Assembly (NCBI RefSeq): GCF_001194135.2
Contig: NC_068981.1
Coordinates: 162,670,790 to 162,734,789 of the forward strand
From: Octopus bimaculoides
Taxonomy: Eukaryota
Direction: 5' to 3'
DNA length: 64,000 nucleotides
The notes under the pieces are model-generated. The model had not been told where the DNA came from and ran no database searches. It saw only the letters and a program-made list of their open reading frames with translations. A program made the translations under genes and the position numbers. Positions 25,665 to 38,574 of this stretch are shown here, piece after piece (positions within the stretch are counted from its first letter, which is position 1; each line of letters begins with the position of its first letter).

Positions 25665-26489
25665 CATAAAGACCTGTGCTGTTTCCATCATTATTTCGAT
25701 ATTTTATATATGCATCTGCTTTGGAATATATGTATTTATATAATTATAGCCCTTATGCGTGGGTTTGTTTGTATGTGTATATATTTTCTTATTCTTTTAC
25801 TGGTTTTATTAATGGACTGTGGCCATGCTGAGGCACCACCTTCAAGAGTTCTTGGGGTGGAGTGGACATATGGTAACATAGTGTGTGTATGTCAAGTGTA
25901 CTCTCTCTCTCTCTCTCTCTCACACACATAAAATCTACATACATGCATACATATCTATATAAGTGCCTGTAGAACATGAATAGTGGAACATTTATTGTCA
26001 TCAAACAACCGACAATGCTGTAAAGCCTACAAAATGTCCTTATCTGTCAGTTTATAAGTTACATAGTGTATGATGTATGTTGTTGTTGTTGTTATTATTA
26101 ACTGTTGTGTCAACACAGATTTTTTCTCCTTTATTTGTCTTTGGTTTCATCAATACCATGAACACAGGAAAATCAATGTCACCGTTGTTTCTATACAGAA
26201 TCCTTTAAATAGCTTTTAGTGCATTTAATGAACAGCAGCTGAGTTGATGGAAACTTACACGAGGAGCAGGAGGGTAGAATCAGAATGGTGTGTGGAGGGA
26301 CTTTTGAGGAGAAACATTTACAGATCAGAAATCTTAAATTGATTTGAATATGGTCAAGTCACTTTGTTGTTTTTATTGTTACCCCTCTTACACCATTCTG
26401 TTTGGTTTGCAGTAAAGGAGTGGACATTGCCAAAAGTTCATTGACTGCTATATCATCATTGGGTTTCATATCTTTATTTTATTTATTGT

Positions 26490-27130
26490 TTTTTTTTCTC
26501 TTTTTTTTTTTAGCTGTTGTGTCTAAAAGAAGGCGTATTGCCCATGACCTTTGCAGGCCAACACCGTTAGTTTCTGAAGGGAAAAGATGGTTGGTGTTCG
26601 GCTGATGGGGTTGGTTGTGCCAAGAGTAATGAGAGAGGGACAAAAAAATGGGCTGGGGTTGCCTGTGTAGTGGGGATATAAGATCAACTAGTTCTGAGGT
26701 ACAGAGGCCATTTTATCAATGATGCAATAGACAGAAAAAGGAAACAGCAAATCTGCGGGTCAGAGGCTGGAGTGTATCCTGATTGAGTAGCCCCTCTTTG
26801 GAAGCAGATCAAGACATTAGTTTGTATAGCAATAGCACCATCCTAGATCTGGTGACAATATTTTATTCTGGGCCTCATTTGAGCCTTGTGGAAAATCAGC
26901 AGTTGTTATGAACTGAAATATTTTCTGACCCTGAAGAAAAGGGATGGTCTGTGGGATTCTGTCATATCTATGTTAAGGATGTGTTTTTGCCAAAAGAGTT
27001 TTGGTGATAATGAGGCCTGCTGTTTGTTTGTAGTGACTGTGAGGGCTCTAGGTGAGTGTTGCTCATGTTTAGTGGTGCTCATGTTTAGTGTATGACTTTT
27101 AGAAGCAATGAGGATTACAGTAACCAGTAG
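26490..27130 (-). mobile_element. CR1/Jockey-group LINE 3' remnant with A-rich tail
   Basis: LFFRVRKYFSS*QLLIFHKAQMRPRIKYCHQ and LQPLTRRFAV motifs; T-rich tract (A tail in element sense) at about 26480-26512. Confidence 0.75.
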
Positions 27131-27377
27131 AGAACTGCATACATGTTTCACTTACATTGAAGTCATTTGTCTTTTTGTGTGAGATTTCTATTATGTATAT
27201 GTGTTTACTATGCTGATATTAGTGTAGACCAATAGCGTCATTACCAATTCATTCTACACACTCAAACATTTTCTGGTGTGTAGGCATGTGTATATGCATT
27301 AGTGCATGCTGCAGATTTCAGTACCATGGATATGTATGTATGTGTGTGTGCGTGTATATATATATATATATATATAT

Positions 27378-27414
<37 letters not shown>

Positions 27415-27429
27415 AAAGACAACAAAAGA

Positions 27430-27600
27430 AAGAAAGAGACCTCGATATTATGTAAATAAAGGAATTTATCTGTGAAAATATGTGACACTTATTCGGTAGC
27501 CTTGATAAAACTCCGAGTTTCAGATGCTGGGGTGGAAACCCACGCCGCCATCTCTTCAGTTGTCTGGCCATTGAAAATGACCCCAAGCCAGCTTCAAAAC
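27430..27600 (-). mobile_element. Probable solo Penelope-type pseudo-LTR or retrozyme-like fragment
   Basis: GC-richer island carrying a hammerhead motif; element class inferred from the known HHR-PLE association. Confidence 0.45.
27498..27569 (-). ncRNA. Type I hammerhead ribozyme motif
   Basis: GGCCAGACAA-CUGAAGA-GAUG..CAUC(U)-GAAAC-UCGGA-GUU-UUAUCAAGGCU: core boxes in order, stems I/II/III can form, predicted cut after 27509. Confidence 0.7.
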
Positions 27601-28109
27601 AACCGTATATTAAAACAGTGATTATAGGAGATTATGCATACTGGCATATATAGCTACAAAGACAACCACCTAAAAAATTGGTAGTTGATAATAATGTCAC
27701 TAGCTAGCACAGCACCATATCTATATTAAAGACAACCCTAAATGACCTACTCTGCTTAGCTCTCAGTAAATACCACGCAGTGTTGCCAAAGGAAAAATGT
27801 TCAAAAGGAGCTGAATTTGTCAAGAATAAGAGCTTAAAAGCAAAAAATTGGAGCTAATAAGTAGCTGTTATCCTTTCACTTTGTTGTCTCAGTTTTTGAT
27901 ATTCACTCACAAAATATTATCCAAATGTGTGTATGTGTTTTTAGAATTGGCAGTATTTTTTTGTTACTGGTATGTGAAAAAAAAAAGATTGAATCGTGTT
28001 TCATAGTTTTAGTTATTTTATGTTTCACTTTGTGATTTATCTACAGCTTTTGAGTAAACATACTACACAATACAAAACAGAACTTCATTTTATATTATAG
28101 CATTTATCT

Positions 28110-28660
28110 TTTACTTGTTTCAGTCGTTGGATTGCAGCCATGCTGGGGTACCACCTTAAAGGGTTTAGTTGAACAAATAAACCCCAGTACTTATTTTTTA
28201 AACATCATACTTATTGTATCGGTCCCTTTTGTTAGACTGCTAAGTTATGGGGATGTAAAGAAATGAACACCGTTTGCCAAGTGATGTTGGGAAGAAACAC
28301 ACACACATGATGAACTACCTCATGGTTTCTGTCTACCAGATTCACTCACAAGGCACTAGCCCAGTGCTATAGCAGAAGACACTTGCTGCAGTGGGATTAA
28401 ACCCAAGACTATGTGGTTGCAAGACAAGTTTCTTAACCACATAACTATAAACATGATATAGAATATTTGATACATTTTCTTATTCTGCTTGTTCACCACC
28501 TTAGTCAAACAATTGACCCTAGGACTTATTCCTTGTAAGCTTAGTACTTATTCTATTAGTCTCTTTTGCCAAACTGCTAAGTTACAGGGACATAAGCTCA
28601 CCAACATTGATTGTCAAGTGATGATGGGAGACAAACACAGACACACACCCACATAAATCT

Positions 28661-28732
<72 letters not shown>

Positions 28733-28890
28733 TTGATGGGCTTCTTTCAGTTTCCGTCTACCAAATCCACTCACAAAGCTTTGGTTAGCCCAAGGCTATA
28801 GTAGAAGGCACTTGCCCAAGGTGCCATGCAGTTGGACTGAACTCAGAACCATGTGGTTGGGAAGCAAGCTTCTTACCACACAGCCACACC
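28110..28890 (-). mobile_element. Two tandem SINE family A copies (28110-28440 older; 28495-28890 younger with long (TA)n)
   Basis: Both match the reverse complement of family A. Confidence 0.8.
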
Positions 28891-30462
28891 TGCTGTGACT
28901 AAGACTAAAAGAAAAGGAAATATTGGTAATTTTAAATAATATTTGTTAATTTTAAATAATTTTAACTAAATAAATCATAATGTATATAAGATTGCAGTGG
29001 TATCTTGACTAAGAAATGCGATTTCATTAATTTTAAAGCAGTCTTTAGTTTTATGTACATATAATGGCTGACAACAAAATGGAGAGAATTCTACTGCAAA
29101 ATCATTTTCAGTGTAAACCATAACCTTTTATTTCTTCCAATGATGCAACATTACACACAAACAGAATTGAAGAATCATGGAATTCCATTAAAAGTAAATT
29201 GTTGTACCATGCTTGGAACTTTAAGACAACCTCTTCTTAACTCACAAGAAATTACCTGGCATCATTCTCATGAATGTATGGATGCTCTTTCTACAAAATG
29301 GAAACTGGTTTACTGTGTAATGGTGGTTAAGCATTTATTTTCCTTTTGCTTTGTTGTCTGCTGTTATATGTATAGAAAATGAAAGATCACCAATTTCAAA
29401 TTACAATATACGCAATACAAAGCATATTTTAAATTTCATGATCTATAGATTATAGTAATGTCTTATCCAGAAATTGAGATCAAAGAAAGAGCAGTTAGGT
29501 ATTCATCAGTGAAGAAACTCTTGTAGATGTGTACCACTGAACAAGGCATAACGACTTTGAAAATGTAAATTATGATTATATTAATGAATATTTTTGAAAT
29601 TTATCCTTTTTTTATTTTTTTATTTTACAAATAGAAATAAGGTAAATCCAGTACTATTTTAACAGTTCAATAACTTGCTCAGAAACTTGATCATGATTGT
29701 TGCACAACATAATTATGTTAGAGGAGAGAAATAGAGCATGTCTATAATAATACACCAGAATGCTTTCAGTCGCTATTGTAATAGGCTAAATATAAACTTG
29801 GAAATTTTTTTTTATTCATCATGCTTTTCACTTTCATACTGGTAGTGAATAATAATGTCAGGATAATATCATAAAATTTTTTAATGTTGTGCAACAGTCA
29901 TGAGTAAGCTATTGAATAGTTAAAAAGAGGTGGACTTCTTTTCATTCTGAATAAAATAAAATTTTATTTTTCTCTTAAAAATCTCCTCAGTTTAATGTGG
30001 AGATTATTGTTATAATCCCTACACTGGCAAAACTAATGATAAGCATTATCAAATAAACAGAATTAGCACACCCCTCACCGTCTGTTTTTAAAATTCTGAC
30101 CCTGAGTCAGCCTTGATCACACAAACATATGATCGTCATTTACCCATAGTTACATTATCCAGAACCCTCTTTTTTTCATGATGGTAGGATTTGCGGGAGA
30201 TTTGGCTGCTCTTTCAAGTTAATCAAGCAGCCATGTAGAACAGTAATTCTCAACCACATTTTTACCCACAAACCCCTTTGATTACTATTTTATTCTGATG
30301 GACTGCCATAGCCATTCAGTGTGTAAATGACCCGTTTAAACGCTAAAAGGTTAAGGGCTAGCTATATGGTACGCGTCCAGCTGTAAAACGATGCCATAAT
30401 AATAGATATTCACTACCCCATGCTAGCATGGAAAAACAAGTGTAAAAATAAATGAACAAACA

Positions 30463-30626
30463 GATATTTGTCCTCATCTTTGTTGTTAACATGTTTCGGC
30501 TGATATACTCTCCAGCCTTCATCAGGTGTCTTGGGGAAGTTTCAAACCTGGGTTCTCATTCCTAAGGTATTTTTCGATGTTGTTGCTGTTGTTATTCAGG
30601 TCACTGCTTAGAATTGAACTCAGTGA

Positions 30627-30674
<48 letters not shown>

Positions 30675-30853
30675 CAACAACAACATCGAAAAATACCTTA
30701 GGAATGAGAACTAGGTTTGAAATTTCCCCAAGACATCTGATAAAGGCTGGAGAGTATATCAGCTGAAACGTGTTAACAACAAACAAGATGAGGACAAATA
30801 TCCATCAAATATAAATAATGTACATAATTCCTCATCTCTTAAATATAGAACTG
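30463..30853. mobile_element. Inverted pair of Penelope-type pseudo-LTR fragments with hammerhead-like cores
   Basis: Arms 30463-30605 and 30625-30802 are reverse complements; each has gacac-CTGAT(G/A)A-aggctg..cagc(c/t)-GAAAC; the right arm contains (AAT)n(AAC)n. Confidence 0.7.
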
Positions 30854-30867
30854 AAAGAAGCCCATCG

Positions 30868-30910
<43 letters not shown>

Positions 30911-31100
30911 TTGTCCTCCTGCCACCTTGACAACTAATGCTGGTGTGTTTGTGTCTCTGTAACTTAATAGTTCAGCAAAAAAGATCGATAGAATAAATAC
31001 TAGGCTTACAAAGAATAAGTCCTGAGGTTGATTTCGACTAAAACCCCTTAAAGCAGTGCTCCAGCATGGCCACAATCAAATTACTGTAACAAGTAAAAGA
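30854..31100 (+). mobile_element. SINE family A, 3' half
   Basis: aaagaagcccatcgtatata..gtgctccagcatggccacaatcaaattactgtaacaagtaaaaga. Confidence 0.8.
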
Positions 31101-32179
31101 ATAAGAAGAATGCTATTTTGATATTGGTCACTTAAATATCGTTCATAATGTAGCTTTCTTCATTTTAAAAAAAAAATTTCTTTTATGTGTTTGTTAATTT
31201 GTTATCCTTCATCTAATATAACATGGTCAGTAGTTTAGAGAGCACAGTTTTTTTTTTTATTACCATCTGTGTATCATTATGCATAATATTTTTCATCTGA
31301 AACAACTGTTAAATCTAGTAACATTTTAATGGTCAACAAGTTACACATACACACATTTAAAGATATTTTACTATTGTAATAACAGTTTGCCTCTAAATTA
31401 CGTGTTTTTTTCTTATTTTTTCTTTTCCATTTTCCTCTTAAAACTAGTTAATGGAGATCAATCTTCTGTTTGTTAATTTTATCCTTTCTAACATCTTTTG
31501 AAAATAAACTTTGGTTATTTCCTTGTGGTTTTCTTTCCTTTTCATATCTAGTGATGCCATTTGATTGATTTTAAAATAGTCAATTTATAGATTTGTTTTT
31601 AAGTACATATTTTAAAGTTGCGATAGTATCTTTTTATTTATTTATTTATTCATTTTCTTTTTTTTTCAAATTTTCTTTTATTGGATTTTTAATTCAGAAA
31701 ATGTTTAGTGTTTAAAATGAGGGTACCGTTGCTAACCAATACTCAGCTTGAATGCTATCATTTTCTTTCACATCATTGATCTGACCAAACACTTGCTGTA
31801 AGTTATAGATGTGCAACTCTTCTAGGTAGGCAAGGATATCTTTTGTGTCATCTTTGCATCTTATTCTTCCTGAACATCTTGCTGTTAATGACTTAACTAA
31901 AAAAAAAATTTTTTTAACCCATTTGGTCTACTTGAAATTTTGTTAGTGAAATAAAAGCCAGAATAATAATTTAGGTCTGCCAGAATTCTTCATTAGTTTA
32001 TTCTTGACCTAGCTGTGGGTTATAGATACCTAGCTTTTCTGAGTATGTTATATGAAAGACTATCATGCTGTTCAGGTGGTCAAGATTTGTCAGTCCTCCA
32101 CTTGGTACTGTCTTGTGGGTGAAGAAAGAGTTAATTACTAGAATGCTATTGCCTCCAAAATTAATGTTACTGTTCCTCT

Positions 32180-32570
32180 CTTTTACTTGTTTCAGTCATT
32201 TGACTGTGGCCATGCTGGAACACCACCTTTAGTCGAGCAAATCGACCCCAGGACTTATTCTTTGGAAGCTTAGTACTTATTCTATCAGTCTCTTTTGCTG
32301 AACCACTAAGTTACGAGGACATAAACACACCAGCATCGGTTGTCAAGCGATGTTGGGGGGGACAAACACAGACACGCAAACATATACACACACATACATA
32401 TATATACATATATACAATGGGCTTCTTTCAGTTTCCGTCTACCAAATCCACTCACAAGGCTTTGGTCGACCTGAGGCTATAGTAGAAGACACTTGCCCAA
32501 AGTGCCACGCAGTGGGACTGAACCTGGAACCATGTGGTTGGTAAGCAAGCTACTTACCACACAGCCACTT
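32180..32570 (-). mobile_element. SINE family A (full length, well preserved)
   Basis: Near-consensus copy; a more decayed copy follows at about 32600-32900. Confidence 0.9.
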
Positions 32571-33270
32571 AGGTTTTAGGATTGATTCAGTTAATTTTAT
32601 ACCCCTGTACTTTGTACTTGTTTGAACAAATTGACCCTAGTACTTATGTTTTTTTTAAAGCCTGATAGATATTTTTATCAATCTCTTGTTGAACCACTAA
32701 GTTAGCAGGACATAAACTAACCAACACCAAATGTCAAGCAGTGGTGGGAACAAGCACAGCTGCAAAGATACACACGCAACATAAAGAGTTTCTGTACTGT
32801 TTCCATCTACTGGATCACTAACAAGGCATTGGGGCTGATCTTGAGCTATAGTAGAAGACACAAGGTGCCACGCAATGATGCTGAAACCACATGGCTGTGC
32901 CATCGAGATGATTTTTCTAAAGGAGATGTCTTTATTGCAGCTAATTGAGTAAAGCTCTGATGAAAAATATTCCAACCATGATCATCTGACTTAAAATCAG
33001 ACGTAGTATAATCCAGAACAGTATTATCCAGTATGTCTTTCCAGGGAGATTTGGTTATTGTCATTATTTCTAGCAGTTCGAGTGACTATTTAGAGGTCCC
33101 CTTATTGCTTGTGTTGTTATCTTTCTGAGGAGTCAGTATAGTGAATGTCAACAAGACTGAATCATGAACAAAATTTTGGAAGCATCGCTTGTAAAGTATC
33201 CAGATAAAATATCTTCGCCATTTTTAACAATTCTACCTCCAATATTTTTGGTAGAAATTCATAATTTACT

Positions 33271-33496
33271 TTAATCCCTTAGCTTTTACACTGGCCGTAT
33301 CTGGCTCAGATATGTCTCCTGTTTTAAGTTCAAACTAGCCAGGTCTAACTTCTCACACCTACCCTGTAATGTCATCTTAACATTAGACAATAGTATCATT
33401 GAAATCTCAAAACTATGAGATAACACATGATTAATTCAAAACTATGAATGAATAAGCTTTACATTTGGTAGAGTAATTTGAACACTAAAGGATTAA
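33271..33496. mobile_element. piggyBac-like MITE (family of 41365-41584 and 52826-52980)
   Basis: ttaatcccttagc...cactaaaggattaa termini; shared internal sequence. Confidence 0.7.
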
Positions 33497-34277
33497 CAAT
33501 ATTCTTTATTGACAGTTTTCTCAGGTACATCATGTTGGAATAAATATTGAGCTACAAACTCTACATGGTAATTTCTAATTCTTACATGTCAGTTCATTTT
33601 TGTTTCAAAAGCCAAAGGAACTACTTGCTCAGAGATGGGAATTATTCCAAAGAATTTCTCTGGCATTTAAAATTTTGCTCTTCTATGACTTGTGTACATG
33701 TGTGTGTGGGGTTTTTTTTTGTTTTTTTTTTCCTGCTGCAGACAACTGAATGAGAAAGATAGAAAGAGATGAGAAGAGAAGTGATATAATGAAAGTATTA
33801 AGTTCTCTCCACTCTGGAGAGATGATTAAAAAAAACTTCTTTTTTTCTCTTCACTTCCTGTCTCCTTAGTATGCAATGTTAGCACCTAATTAATTCTCTT
33901 CTAAAACTACTAGATGGCAAAGGATAATAAATAGATAATACCAGGCTTTCACCATTTTATTACCTGTCGCTGGTGATTTTTACATTCTTATAATCATCAT
34001 CATCATCATCATCATCATTATCATTAACATCAGAAACTTCATAATTGCCATCATTTATTTAATTATTTTTGCTAGAAATATCTTCTATTGTAATTGTTAG
34101 CTATAATCTTTAATGATTGTGTTTCTGTCAATTTTGTTTTTTAAGATAACATATATTTTTACTGGTGAAATAAAACTTTTTAAAAACCAAAAAACAAAGG
34201 GTTTTTATTTATTCTTCCCAACTAAATAAAGAATAATTGTTTGACTTTTTCTTCATTTATTTATTATTTATTTTCAG

Positions 34278-34295
34278 TGATTAGTGATATCAAAA
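34278..34295 (+). CDS. Candidate 18-nt microexon (x-ISDIK, phase 1 to 1)
   Basis: T-rich tract plus ttttcag acceptor and aaa|gtgagt donor; frame preserving. Confidence 0.3.
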
Positions 34296-34719
34296 GTGAG
34301 TGATTACAAGAAAAGGTGTAAGGAAACGTGATATTTTGAATGACTAGGCATTAGTAATGTGAAATTGTACTGGATAGGAACTAGGAAAAGGTTGTTTCCC
34401 CTATCTGAATCTTCAATAACGCATCATATAAGTGTTATTAATTCAACCCCTTCATTAAAAGCATCGCTCATTGGATCAACAGCCTCTACTCAGATACCTG
34501 ACCTGGTAGGAATAGCAGTTAAATTTCCTTCAAAAATACACCCTACAGTCTTAAGGAAAGGAAAGCCACACTGGATTTTCAAAAGGAACGAGCTGGTTAT
34601 AAATAAAATGTCTTTGATTATAGATCTGTCTGCTTGATCAGGGATAGCCTGAAACTAATTAACAACATTATTACATAATTTATATCCACTACAGCCTTAT
34701 TTATTTATTTAGTATTTTG

Positions 34720-35115
34720 TTTTTCAGCCAATTTGGTTTCAGGTTCAGTCACATTGTATGGCACCTTGAGCAAGTGTTTTCTATTATAACCTTGGGTCAA
34801 CTAAAGGTTTATCAATGGACTTGGTAGATGGAAATTGAAAGAAGTTTGGTGTGTGTGTGTGTGTGAGCTTGTGTCTCCTTGTCTTGATGTATGATTGTTG
34901 CAAGCAAGTCTCACCATCATACAAATAGTGTCCTTTATTTGTGATCTTCAATAAGAACATGTCCAACCATGGCAAAAATATTACCTTTCTTGGTTACAGG
35001 TGAAGTTTGGTGACAAGAAAGGTGTCCAATTCTAGAAAATCTGCCTCAACAATTCCATCCGACCTATGTGAGCATAGAAAAGTGGATGTTAAAATAATGA
35101 CGATGATGATGATGA
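34720..35115 (+). mobile_element. SINE family B
   Basis: ggttcagtcac B box, ggcaccttgagcaagtg, RTE-like tail ending (GAT)n. Confidence 0.75.
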
Positions 35116-35546
35116 TGAAGATAATGACTTTCCTTTCTTATTCTTGATAAAAGTGCTTTAGCTTGTTGGTTATTTTATCATTAACCACTCTTGTTGTCAA
35201 CAGCTGTGTCTAAAGTATTAATCACTGAGGTTAATTATTCAGAGATGTCATCTACATGAAAATTAGTAAGTTAATACTACATATTTAATGCAGGGAGCAT
35301 TAAAACTCTAATTACAACTAATTGTGTAGTAATGACAAAAGACAAAAACATTAGCGTTGCAACTAATATTATTTTAATCATTTCGGTAAATGAATGTCTA
35401 GAAGTGTCTTCCTTCCTTCCTTCCTTGCTGAAATGATTAATATAGGCACAGACATGGCTGTGTGGTTGTTAAGAAGCACTCTTTGCAACCATATGATTTT
35501 GGATTCAGTTTGTAGGCGAATTTTGTAAATGGAAACTGTGTGAAAC

Positions 35547-35606
<60 letters not shown>

Positions 35607-36020
35607 TTTATCTTTTACTTGACTGCAGCCATGCTGGGGGTCACCGCCTTGAATTTTTATTTGAATGTATCAGCCCTGCTACTTATTTTTTGAAGCCTGG
35701 TAATTATTCTCTCAGTCTCTTTTGCTGAATCACTAAGTTACAGGGATGTAAGCACATCAGCATTGGTTGTCAAGTGATGGTGGTGGTGGTGGTGGGGGGC
35801 AAAACAGAGACACACATCCACACACACAAATACATACATGCATACACACACACATATACATACAGGAAACCCACTTTTTCCCTTTGAGGGCTTGTTTGCC
35901 CTAATATTAGACTATTTTCTTTAGTCAATACACGTTGATCGCTTATAAGCTTTAAGTTTATAAATATTATTATTATTTACAGAAATGTCAGTCGTCACCG
36001 CTTCTCGATTTATTGCAGAA

Positions 36021-36058
<38 letters not shown>

Positions 36059-36065
36059 CATATAT

Positions 36066-36515
36066 GTTCAGCAATTTCTTACTGAACAACCACACAGATG
36101 ATTTGTTTATAGTGTTCACATAAGCGACATTACCTGTACAGGTGCACCATGTCCCACATGTCGGCTGAGGAAATGATTGCAGAGCAACGTGAAATGAAGT
36201 GCTTTGCTCAAGAACTCAATACAATGCCCGGTCTGGGAATTAAGCCCACAATCTTACAATTGTGAGTACAACACCCTAACCGCTAAGCCATTCAGGGTTT
36301 AATTCCCAGACCGGGCATTGTATCGAGTTCTTGAGCAAAGTACTTCATTTCACGCTGCTCTGCAATCATTTCCTCAGCCGACATGTGGGACATGGTGCAC
36401 CTTTACAGGTAATGTCGCTTATGTGAACACTATAAACAAATCATCTGTGTGGTTGTTCAGTAAGAAATTGCTGAACGCTCATTTGTCATCTAACGATGGG
36501 AGAGTCCATGACATG

Positions 36516-36520
<5 letters not shown>
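36066..36520. mobile_element. Head-to-head inverted pair of CORE-type SINE (family C variant)
   Basis: 36066-36247 versus 36295-36476: 5 mismatches in about 182 bp; the spacer is the tRNA head of the left copy. Confidence 0.9.
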
Positions 36521-36554
<34 letters not shown>

Positions 36555-37823
36555 TCTTGGAGTGGTTGGCATTAGGAAGAGCATCCAGCTGTAGAAACTC
36601 TGCCAAATCAGAATTGGAGCCTGGTGTAGCCACCTGGTCCACCAGTCCTCAGTCAAATCGTCCGACCCATGCTAGCATGGAAAGCAGACGTTAAACGAGG
36701 ATAATAATATATATATATATANNNNNNNNNNNNNNNNNNNNNNNNNNNNNNNNNNNNNNNNNNNNNNNNNNNNNNNNNNNNNNNNNNNNNNNNNNNNNNN
36801 NNNNNNNNNNNNNNNNNNNNNNNNNNNNNNNNNNNNNNNNNNNNNNNNNNNNNNNNNNNNNNNNNNNNNNNNNNNNNNNNNNNNNNNNNNNNNNNNNNNN
36901 NNNNNNNNNNNNNNNNNNNNNNNNNNNNNNNNNNNNNNNNNNNNNNNNNNNNNNNNNNNNNNNNNNNNNNNNNNNNNNNNNNNNNNNNNNNNNNNNNNNN
37001 NNNNNNNNNNNNNNNNNNNNNNNNNNNNNNNNNNNNNNNNNNNNNNNNNNNNNNNNNNNNNNNNNNNNNNNNNNNNNNNNNNNNNNNNNNNNNNNNNNNN
37101 NNNNNNNNNNNNNNNNNNNNNNNNNNNNNNNNNNNNNNNNNNNNNNNNNNNNNNNNNNNNNNNNNNNNNNNNNNNNNNNNNNNNNNNNNNNNNNNNNNNN
37201 NNNNNNNNNNNNNNNNNNNNNNNNNNNNNNNNNNNNNNNNNNNNNNNNNNNNNNNNNNNNNNNNNNNNNNNNNNNNNNNNNNNNNNNNNNNNNNNNNNNN
37301 NNNNNNNNNNNNNNNNNNNNNNNNNNNNNNNNNNNNNNNNNNNNNNNNTTTTTTTTTTTTTTTTTTTTTTTTTTTTCTTTTTTTTTTTTGTAGCTGGCAG
37401 CATGATTGTAACTTAGTAAGTTCTGAGCAAAGCAAGATCTTAATCTGGTTTTGTTGTCTGATGGATCTATTTCAATTACATCACTTATTTGTAGCTTGAA
37501 TGGTTATCTTTCCTGGGTGTAAGGGGGCAGGAAGCATTTCGGCATGTATTAATGAGTAAGTGCTAAGTCAAGAAGTTCACACTCTAACCACCAACATTGT
37601 CTGTCAGCCTCCCCACGTTCTCTCTCTCTCTCTCTCTTTCTTTCTTACTTAGAGCCATGGTGTTTTTGGTACTAGGCAAAGCTATTTTTTTAAAAATTAC
37701 ACATATATACGTGTGTGTGTGTGTATGTAGTATGATGATGATACATATTTAAACATGCATTTTATCTCATCTTCATCCAACCATTTTAACTTCCTTTTCT
37801 GATTTCTAATCCCTACCATTTAG

Positions 37824-37852
37824 AAAAAACAATTGAATTTATATACCATCAG
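37824..37852 (+). CDS. Candidate 29-nt microexon (x-KTIEFIYHQ, phase 1 to 0)
   Basis: Pyrimidine-rich tract plus catttag acceptor; cag|gtaaat donor. Confidence 0.25.
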
Positions 37853-38574
37853 GTAAATCTATTTACTCACTAAATAGATGGTTTCGATAAGTTTTTTTCC
37901 TTCTTCTAATTTTGATAATGATGGAGAACAAAGATCATATAGATATATATATATATATATGTATGTATTATCATCATCATCATCATCATCGTTTAATGTC
38001 CGCTTTCCATGCTGGCATGGGTTGGACGGTTTGACTGAGGACTGACAACCCAGGAGGCTGCACCAGTCTGATCTGGCAGGGGTTTCTACAGCTGGATGCC
38101 CTTCTTAACATCAACCATATGCACACACATATGCATATATATATATATATANNNNNNNNNNNNNNNNNNNNNNNNNNNNNNNNNNNNNNNNNNNNNNNNN
38201 NNNNNNNNNNNNNNNNNNNNNNNNNNNNNNNNNNNNNNNNNNNNNNNNNNNNNNNNNNNNNNNNNNNNNNNNNNNNNNNNNNNNNNNNNNNNNNNNNNNN
38301 NNNNNNNNNNNNNNNNNNNNNNNNNNNNNNNNNNNNNNNNNNNNNNNATAACCACAATTTATCAAATAACCAATTTTGGCAAAAATATGTATGTATAAAT
38401 CTTTATTCTGATAGCCCACCTATTAATAGAAATGTGCCTAGTGATTAATTTTTTTTTCTGGAAATTTCTAAATGAATTTTTAATTAGTAACTTTTTTTTT
38501 TATCATTTTAAGTCAGTAATTTGGCCCTTATTTGCTATACAGCCCTTTATTTAATTATTTTTCAGATTCTATAG

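Noticed and set aside
37394-37415. 22-nt microexon after the poly-T tract
   Set aside because: It is not phase compatible with neighbouring candidates, and the poly-T abuts a gap, so the context is unreliable.
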